DNA from: a bacterium
GTDB lineage: Bacteria > UBA8248 > JACPRG01 > G963555815
Reading direction: 5' to 3'
DNA length: 64,000 bases
NCBI GenBank assembly: GCA_965218795.1
Contig: OZ244653.1
Span: 1,472,001 to 1,536,000, forward strand
The notes beneath the pieces were generated by a model. It saw nothing but the letters and a program-made list of their open reading frames with translations. It made no database searches and was not told where the DNA came from. The translations under genes and the position numbers were made by a program. Shown here one piece after another: positions 57,569 through 64,000 of the stretch (positions are counted from its first letter, which is position 1; each line of letters starts with the position of its first letter).

Positions 57569-58789
57569 ATGCCGCCGAAGGCCTTGAACAGCGATTACCG
57601 GATGTCGAGGGGGTTGACGCCGAAGGTCCCCCTGAAAGAGCTTCAGGTCCGATACCGAAGGCTTCAGCGGTCCTGCCGGGAGACCGGTTACGATGCCGTC
57701 CTGGTCTACGGCTCGCCTATTGAGCCCTCCTGGATGCGCTATTTCGCCAATTACGTCCACCCGCTCGCCATCGGAGATTCCTTTCTGCTTGCGGCGCCGC
57801 GGCGGCGGCCGATCCTCCTGGTGGACCAGGAGTGGTATCTGGCCAACGCCCGGGAGATGTCCTGGGTGGACAACGTCCGGGCGTACCCGTACGTCGAGTT
57901 CGATTGGGGCTACGACGTCCTCGTCCGGCTGTTCCGCAGGCTGTTCCGCTTTTGCGCGAAAGGGATCATCGGCGTCTGCGACGTGGACATGCCGGCCAAG
58001 TATCACCGTGCGCTGCGCGAGGCGCTGCCCAAGGCAGAGCTGCGCGATGCGACGTCCCTGCTTTGGTCGGTCCTGGAGGAGAAGAGCGCCTACGACATTT
58101 CGATGATCCGCAAGGCGGCGAAGATCGGCGACAGGGTCATGCGGGCGGCGCTGGAGGCGTGCGCGGCCGGAGTGCCCGAGTACGAGGTGGGGCTGGCCGC
58201 GGAGCGGGTGGCGTGGGAGAACGGCTGCGAGTACGGCAGCGGGAGCCAGTCGCGGACGCACATCTACGTGGCCACGGGGAGCGAGGTGCCCAGCAACGTG
58301 CGGCCCTACCGCTTCTCGCGCAAGCCGCTCCGCAGGGGCGAGATGTTCTTCATCGACCTGTCGATTTGTTACCAGGGGTATTACAGCGACCTGTGCCGGA
58401 CCGTGTGCGTCGGCCCGCCGAGCCGGAGGCAGCAAGACGTGTACGACGCCGTGATGGAGATCCACCGGGCGCTGTTCGCCGCCATGCAGCCGGGCGTGAC
58501 GGGGGAGGCGCTCTGGCGCATCGGGCTGGAGGTCGCGCGACGGGCCGGGTTGGGCGGGAAAGTGAACGCCGTCTGGGCGGGCCATGGCACGGGCCTGGCC
58601 GTCTCGGAGGCTCCCTTCTTCGCGCCGGGGGACCGGCACCCGCTGAAGGTGAATACCTTCGTCAACCTGGAGCCCGGACTTTTTCCGGGCGGCCGGACCG
58701 GCAACTGTTCCGTTGAGGACACCGCCTTCATCGGAGAGAACAAGACCCGCTTCGTCACCCGGTGCCCCCGGGCGCTTCATATTGCGTGA
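57569..58789 (+). CDS. M24 (Xaa-Pro peptidase/creatinase fold) hydrolase
   Basis: FIDL...YYSDLCRT, GHGTGL, LEPG, VEDT metal ligands; creatinase-type N-domain. Confidence 0.9.
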   Translation: MPPKALNSDYRMSRGLTPKVPLKELQVRYRRLQRSCRETGYDAVLVYGSPIEPSWMRYFANYVHPLAIGDSFLLAAPRRRPILLVDQEWYLANAREMSWVDNVRAYPYVEFDWGYDVLVRLFRRLFRFCAKGIIGVCDVDMPAKYHRALREALPKAELRDATSLLWSVLEEKSAYDISMIRKAAKIGDRVMRAALEACAAGVPEYEVGLAAERVAWENGCEYGSGSQSRTHIYVATGSEVPSNVRPYRFSRKPLRRGEMFFIDLSICYQGYYSDLCRTVCVGPPSRRQQDVYDAVMEIHRALFAAMQPGVTGEALWRIGLEVARRAGLGGKVNAVWAGHGTGLAVSEAPFFAPGDRHPLKVNTFVNLEPGLFPGGRTGNCSVEDTAFIGENKTRFVTRCPRALHIA

Positions 58790-58790
58790 C

Positions 58791-59030
58791 CGCTGCCGAC
58801 CTCATTCGCGGATGGAGGCAGGATGCTCGAGCATTCAGACGATCTTCACTGATCTGGTCGGAATCAACAGATTGCGGCGCTCGGCCCTCCCTGCAAGACG
58901 ATTATTCCAAGATTGTCGCCTTCCGCAACATCATCGCCCACGACTATGATGTTCTGGGCCCGGCCGATCGTTTGGAGCGTCACCCAGGTGGACCTCCCGA
59001 GACTCCTGGAGCAAGCGAAAGCTCTCTTAT
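58791..59030 (+). pseudogene. HepT-like (DUF86/HEPN) RNase toxin remnant
   Basis: INRLRR / YSKIVAFRNIIAHDYD (Rx4H) / IVWSVTQVDLPRLLEQAKALL in shifting frames. Confidence 0.75.
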
Positions 59031-59244
59031 CCGATGGCCGACCGAAACCAGTGAAGATTCCAAGCCGGTTTGAAGTCAGATAACAATCTCTGACATCATT
59101 GATGGAGAAGATGTTCGTCTCGTGAGGAATCAGGCCTTATCGGCAGCGGGAGAGTTCTATCAACCCCGGTGGAGGTGATTCTCCGTCCAGCCTCCAGGTT
59201 GATTCCGCTATTGTTCTGGCCCCACCCCATCCCTCGGAATCTCG

Positions 59245-60183
59245 ATGACGCCCGCTCACGCCATCCTCGTGGCCATCATATCGTCCATGTGCTTTGCAGT
59301 ATCCGAGATCACAGTGCGGAACGCACTCCGGTACGGGGCGCCCATCATCACCTGCATCCTCACGCTGGCCGTCCAGTGCATCATCCTGACGGTTTTCATC
59401 CTGATCACGGGGCAATTCTCGGAAATCAACGCGGAGGGCGTGCGGTGGTTCCTCCTGGCGGGCGTTCTGAATCCGTTCCTGTTCATCTCGTTCTATTTCC
59501 TGGGGATTCAGCGCATCGGCGTGACGCGCGCCGCGCCCATCAAGGGGTCCGCGCCCATCTTTGCTCTGATCTTCGCGGTGGGCATGCTGGGGGAACGGCT
59601 TGGGGCCGTTCAGTACCTGGGCATTGCGTTGGTTGTCGGGGGGATCCTGACGATCTCGATCGAGGGCTGGAGTTCGCGGCGGGTCGCTGCGTCCTCGGCG
59701 GAGGGTGCGGCGGGCGGGAGCGGCGAAGCGGGGGCTTCGGGCGGACGGCAGCCCGCGAAGATCGATTATCTGTTTCCGCTTCTAGCGGGCGTTGCCACGG
59801 GCGGGGCCTCGATTCTGTTCAAGATTGCGATGCAGAAGATGCCTTCCCCCTTGGTGGGGGCCTGGATCGGGAACCTGATGGGGCTGCCGTTGTTCCCGTT
59901 CGTGGCTTTGTTGTTTCCGAAAGAGCAGCGATACCGTATCAGCCGGCCGGCGTTTCCGTGGCTCCTGGTGACCGGCGCGTTCGTCGTAGGGGCGATGTAC
60001 ACATTGATCCTCTCGCTCAGCCTGGGCCAGGTCGCGATCGTTTTTACCCTCGTCCAGACCTCCCCGCTGTTTGTGCTTGCGTTATCGGTGCTGTTTTTTC
60101 GTCAGCTGGAGCGGGTGACGCCGAGGGTCTTCCTCGGGGCCGTCCTCACCGTCGGAGGCGGGGCGTTGGTGAGCTTGTTTTGA
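59245..60183 (+). CDS. DMT/EamA-family transporter
   Basis: 10-TM duplicated EamA pattern, LGERL, QTSPLF, LERVT. Confidence 0.9.
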   Translation: MTPAHAILVAIISSMCFAVSEITVRNALRYGAPIITCILTLAVQCIILTVFILITGQFSEINAEGVRWFLLAGVLNPFLFISFYFLGIQRIGVTRAAPIKGSAPIFALIFAVGMLGERLGAVQYLGIALVVGGILTISIEGWSSRRVAASSAEGAAGGSGEAGASGGRQPAKIDYLFPLLAGVATGGASILFKIAMQKMPSPLVGAWIGNLMGLPLFPFVALLFPKEQRYRISRPAFPWLLVTGAFVVGAMYTLILSLSLGQVAIVFTLVQTSPLFVLALSVLFFRQLERVTPRVFLGAVLTVGGGALVSLF

Positions 60184-60307
60184 GGGGAGGAACCGGACCC
60201 TTCCTTGATCCTGGCCGCTATGTCTCTTGTGGTGCGGGGCGTCGGCATTCTCCAGGGCCATATGGGTCATGTCACCATTGGCGTTGTGGATGATTGCGGC
60301 ATGGTGT

Positions 60308-60338
60308 AGGGTATAAGAAACTCATATTGTTCTACCCT
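60308..60338. promoter_or_regulatory. Putative vapBC autoregulatory operator
   Basis: Imperfect IR AGGGTATAAGAA-N7-TTGTTCTACCCT (10/12) just upstream of vapB. Confidence 0.5.
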
Positions 60339-60348
60339 GGGGATGGCG

Positions 60349-60606
60349 ATGGGCCTCAACATCAAGAACGATGAAACCTGTCGGCTCGCTGGCGAACTGG
60401 CTCGGTTGACCGGTGAGACCATGACCGGCGCCATTACCGTCGCGCTGCGCGAACGCCTTGAGCGCGAGAGGAGCGCGCGCAGTGTCGAAACCCGCGTTCA
60501 AGAGTTGCGCGTCATCGCGGAGCGCTGCGCCAGGCTTCTGGATCCGGGGCCGTCGGCCGTGGAGCATGGCGACGTGCTCTACGACGAGCGAGGATTGCCC
60601 AAGTGA
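60349..60606 (+). CDS. vapB: VapB antitoxin (Rv0623-like)
   Basis: LNIKNDE...LARLTGETMTGAITVALRERL...LYDERGLPK. Confidence 0.93.
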   Translation: MGLNIKNDETCRLAGELARLTGETMTGAITVALRERLERERSARSVETRVQELRVIAERCARLLDPGPSAVEHGDVLYDERGLPK

Positions 60607-60992
60607 TCGTCGATAGCTCGGCGTTGCTCGCCGTTCTGTACCGCGAGCCGGACGCGGAACGCTACGAGACGGCGATCGCCGCAGTCCCGAACTGCCGCAT
60701 GTCGGTTGTCAACGCGCTGGAGGCATCCATCGTCGTGGAAGGTCGAGGCGGAGCGGCTGCGGGTCACGAACTCGACGTATTCCTGGAACGCGCCGGGATC
60801 GAATTGACGCCGGTCACGGTGGAACACGCGGCAGCGGCCCGGCGCGCCTGGCGTCGCTTCGGCAAGGGCAATCACCCTGCGGCGCTGAACTTTGGGGACT
60901 GCTTCGCCTATGCGCTCGCCGATGTGACGGGTGAGCCGCTGCTGTTCAAGGGCGAGGACTTCGCCCGCACCGATGTTGAAGCGGCGGGATGA
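60603..60992 (+). CDS. vapC: VapC PIN-domain toxin
   Basis: IVDSSALLA, HPAALNFGDCFAYALA, LLFKGEDF; GTGA overlap with vapB. Confidence 0.95.
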   Translation: MIVDSSALLAVLYREPDAERYETAIAAVPNCRMSVVNALEASIVVEGRGGAAAGHELDVFLERAGIELTPVTVEHAAAARRAWRRFGKGNHPAALNFGDCFAYALADVTGEPLLFKGEDFARTDVEAAG

Positions 60993-61077
60993 GCGAAGGC
61001 CCGGATTGCCCTTGGCTCTTTCTCGTCCGTCCGGCGAACCGACCCACCACCGCTCCCTTCCAGCGGCGTAGACTTTG

Positions 61078-61145
61078 GGCGTATTCTTCGGGGGACATTT
61101 TGAAAACTGTCCCCCCAAAGCCCCCCCGAAAACTTTCTGGCGGCC
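61078..61145 (+). repeat. ~70-bp palindromic repeat family, copy C
   Basis: Nearly identical to 57297-57370. Confidence 0.85.
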
Positions 61146-61293
61146 CTGATGCAGGTGAGGGGACACCCAATCGCAGACCGAAAGGCATTTCCAGGAGAAG
61201 GTCAATGGATATTCCCTGGCGTCACGACCCGTGGGATCCTTGCCATGCACGGACGCTCTGGATTCCTGTTGCAGCCTGTCCCCGAAGGCTTTT

Positions 61294-61392
61294 ATCGGGG
61301 GCAGGAATGACCGAGAACCTGCCCCTGCATGGTTTCAGCAGGGGGCGCGCCAATCCGAAAGTCACTCATCAAGCATGGTGTCCCAGAATCCG
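61294..61392 (+). repeat. ~100-bp direct repeat, copy 1 (partner 63866-63966)
   Basis: ATCGGGGGCAGGAATGACCGAGA...GCCCCTGCATGGTTTCAGCAGGGGG...ATCCGAAAGTCA...GGTGTCCC.AGAATCCG. Confidence 0.88.
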
Positions 61393-61435
61393 ACAAACTA
61401 CCCATCCGACACTGATCTCATATCCATGACGCGGT

Positions 61436-63178
61436 TCACAGCTTAGGCTTGACGCTCTTCGCCACACCGACAATCGCGTCCAGCTTTTCGCTGATCTCGG
61501 AGTCGATCTCCTCTTCGGGAACATACCCGGCGAGCTCGTAAAACTGCTTCTTGGCCATAAGATTGGGCAAATCAAGTTTCTTGAAATAGGCGCTAAAGAG
61601 AGGGGCAAGAAATTCGTCGCTCACCTTGACGTCGGCCTCCCATGGCGACGGCTTCCCCAGAGTCTTCATGGCCTCCTCTATCTCGGTAATGGCTTCTCGA
61701 ATCGCCGCGAGCCGCCTATTGACTTCCGCCTTCGTAAAAAGGGGCAGCGGCTCGTCTGCTGATGCCGAGCTTCGCGCATAAGCCTCCAGGGTCGCTCGAG
61801 TGCAAAAACAGTTTTCGATCTCACACTTTTTCCACATCAGGCATTCGAGTGAACCGCTTTCCGGCATACCGGCTTCGAGACGGTCGAAGAGGGCCACGCC
61901 TTTCAAGTCTGGAAAAGCCTCTCTGAGGCCGTGATAGTGGCGTGCGGCCTGCGTTGGTTGGTTCCCAACGTAATGCACGAAAGGACGCTCCAGCGTTTGG
62001 ATCGCGTCCTGATCGCCGAGGCGTTCGGCGAAAGCCTGCAATATCGCCAAATCCGTCGAACCTTCGAGATAAAGAACCCAACCCGTCTGTTCGGCCTGAT
62101 AGTACTGATCGAACCCGATCTCCCTGAGCGCCTTTTGCACCTGGCTCCCTTTGTCTCCGAGCCGATGGGGTCGGCCGACGAAGGCGATGACCATATCCTT
62201 GTCGGCGGCTTCGTTCAGAAGCACCTCTGAATGGCTCGCCGCGATGATCTGATTGCCGCGCTCCAGGGCGACATCGGTGATCAGCTTGTAGATTTGACGC
62301 TGGCGAAGGATTTCGAGATGCGCGTCGGGTTCGTCCAAAAGGATGACCGCGCCGGGATTGGCGTACATGTACGCCAGGATCAGCAAGGTTTGCTGCAACC
62401 CCCGTCCGCTGGAGGACAGATCGAGGCGGGTCTCACGCTCTCGATAATCCATCACGATTTCCCCCCGCTCCTTTATATAACGGGGGTCGTCGAGTTCGGC
62501 TCCGAAGAGGGCGCTGATCCGGGCCGTCAGCTTTTTCCACAGATCGGGGGTCTCGCTCTGAATCCTGAAGCAAAGATTACGTAAAACCTCGGCCGTTCGC
62601 CCTTCTCCCACCCGCACGTTTATCGCGCCTTGGTCGAGCCGCGTCTCGGTCGCCGCGAGACCGGACATGGGGGGAAGGAAGGCGATCTGCGTCGATCCGG
62701 CATCTTCGGGAACCGGCATCCGCTCCGGCGGCGCCTTGCCCTCACCCGCGCCGAGCCGCAGCGGACGGCAATAGAACGACTCTTCGTTCGCATAGTCGAA
62801 TTCGAGGCCGCAAGCCCACGCCTTGTCCTGACTGACGCCCTCGACGATGAGGTCGATCCGGACGTTATTCGTCCGCTGGCTGCCCTGAACTTTTCGCACG
62901 TCCCGTACATGGAGTTCGCGCCACAAGAGGGCCGCTTTCGGCACGGGTATGGCAAGGAGATCCCTACGGTTGACGGTGACGCCCGGGCGATTCTCCGGCG
63001 CAGTTCTCCCTGAGCGTTTCTCGTTCCAGCGTTTCAGGCCGATATCCCAAAGAGCAAGGGCCTGCATGGCCGAGGTCTTCCCTGAGTTGTTCGGACCGAT
63101 GAACACCACGGGATTCCCCAGCTCGATCTCGACCTCGCCGAAGCGTTTGAAGTTGCGGATGGTGAGCCTGGTAAGCAT
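61436..63178 (-). CDS. ABC/AAA ATPase with C-terminal TOPRIM-like domain (OLD-like ATP-dependent nuclease)
   Basis: IRNFKRF, GPNNSGKT, SSGRGLQQ, LLDEPD, ASHS, LEGSTD, FDR, EIEN; AGGAG RBS. Confidence 0.82.
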   Translation of the reverse strand: MLTRLTIRNFKRFGEVEIELGNPVVFIGPNNSGKTSAMQALALWDIGLKRWNEKRSGRTAPENRPGVTVNRRDLLAIPVPKAALLWRELHVRDVRKVQGSQRTNNVRIDLIVEGVSQDKAWACGLEFDYANEESFYCRPLRLGAGEGKAPPERMPVPEDAGSTQIAFLPPMSGLAATETRLDQGAINVRVGEGRTAEVLRNLCFRIQSETPDLWKKLTARISALFGAELDDPRYIKERGEIVMDYRERETRLDLSSSGRGLQQTLLILAYMYANPGAVILLDEPDAHLEILRQRQIYKLITDVALERGNQIIAASHSEVLLNEAADKDMVIAFVGRPHRLGDKGSQVQKALREIGFDQYYQAEQTGWVLYLEGSTDLAILQAFAERLGDQDAIQTLERPFVHYVGNQPTQAARHYHGLREAFPDLKGVALFDRLEAGMPESGSLECLMWKKCEIENCFCTRATLEAYARSSASADEPLPLFTKAEVNRRLAAIREAITEIEEAMKTLGKPSPWEADVKVSDEFLAPLFSAYFKKLDLPNLMAKKQFYELAGYVPEEEIDSEISEKLDAIVGVAKSVKPKL

Positions 63179-63494
63179 CGGAGAACTCCTTGACGATTCT
63201 CTCCACCACCCGCATCTTCCCTGAAACGAGCCTGGCGACAGCGCATCACGAGGAGCGGTAAGGGTACGGGATTCCGGGACGTGCAGTCGAATTTTTTCCT
63301 TTGAGACTAGCACGCATGATTGGACGCTGCCACCCGTGACACCCCCGCGATTTGTCACGCCGTTGTAACGGTGCAGTTCATTTGGCCGATAGGATGAAAT
63401 GAAAGAGAAGAAAAAAGCGAACGTTATTTCAAGCCGCGAAAACGCGCGATCCATCGGGTCGATTCCGTGTTTTGGGGTGGGTAACAGCGAAGAT

Positions 63495-63816
63495 GTCGGG
63501 TTACGCTTCGCTAACCCGACCTGCAATCTTCAGCCCGCCCGGTCCTTGGGGCAAACACCGTAGGTCGGATTAGCGGAGCGTAATCCGACGAAACCGGGCT
63601 AACCCGACCTGCAATCTATTCGTTATCGTCGAGCGGCTTGCCACGCCATTCCAGCGGCTCGCCCGTCTTCGCGTCGAGGGCGAACACAGGAGTTCGCCCC
63701 TGCGGAGTCCTCACCCCGGTCATTCCGCCCCACTCCCGTCATTCCCGCGAAGCCTGCCCTCGAATGTTCCCCGCTTACTGCCTGCGGGGACAAGCTCAGT
63801 CGGGGGGCGGGAATCC
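63495..63816. repeat. Cluster of REP-like palindromes (GTAG/GCAG and GTCATTCC types, nested)
   Basis: G(T/C)AGGTCGGRTTAGCGRAGCGTAAYCCGAC at 63495-63524 (-), 63560-63589 (+) and a partial copy at 63598-63612; GCAGGGGCGAAC..GTTCGCCC at 63678-63703; GTCATTCCCGCGAAG[insert]GCGGGAATCC at 63738-63816. Confidence 0.85.
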
Positions 63817-63865
63817 ATAGGCCCCCGACTGCTGCCTGTGGGGGCGACCGGTAACCCCGCGCTTA

Positions 63866-63966
63866 ATCGGGGGCAGGAATGACCGAGAGCCCGCCCCTGC
63901 ATGGTTTCAGCAGGGGGGCACACCCATCCGAAAGTCATTCATTAAGTAGGGTGTCCCCAGAATCCG
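63866..63966 (+). repeat. ~100-bp direct repeat, copy 2
   Basis: Matches 61294-61392 with scattered substitutions. Confidence 0.88.
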
Positions 63967-64000
63967 GAAGACTGACTAACAATAACCAGACACGACTATA

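Noticed and set aside
63179-63526. N-terminal extension of the ATPase ORF (696 aa in the track)
   Set aside because: It runs through promoter and REP sequence; the RBS and the conserved N-terminus place the start at 63178.
63495-63966. Possible CRISPR array or integron attC array
   Set aside because: The repeats are heterogeneous, in mixed orientation and irregularly spaced, with no cas or intI gene; they fit REPs.

Overview
High-GC bacterial chromosomal window from a diderm (it encodes a porin). The short EF-Ts, a PxxKW protein and the repeat families suggest a Deltaproteobacteria/Nitrospinota-like lineage, but this is only inference. Positions 1-27.6 kb are mostly housekeeping: argC-argJ, rpsB-tsf-pyrH-frr-uppS-cdsA-dxr-pgpA-cinA-thpR, mgtE, ddl, an M16 protease, trpG-[PxxKW/DUF4330 insert]-trpD-trpC and a KamA radical SAM enzyme. 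Positions 28.7-64 kb are accessory and eroding. They hold many unannotated gene remnants (PfkA, haloalkane dehalogenase, PPOX, arylformamidase, HepT, IS3/IS30 ends), a porin with a betaine ABC importer, glgP, an orphan Mo-hydroxylase large subunit and two Liv-type ABC operons, one with a nonsense mutation. The most striking structure is a 3-kb metal-transport cassette: collapsed znuA/znuC/znuB plus an intact CDF exporter. It is bracketed by 588/716-bp chimeric inverted repeats that carry independent microhomology deletions. The right end is dense in REP/MITE-like palindromes that bracket single genes (a PLP dehydratase and an OLD-like ABC-TOPRIM nuclease beside vapBC). One 27-bp REP is inserted cleanly into a gene. 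No CRISPR array, rRNA or tRNA was recognised. All family assignments come from motif recognition, not database searches.
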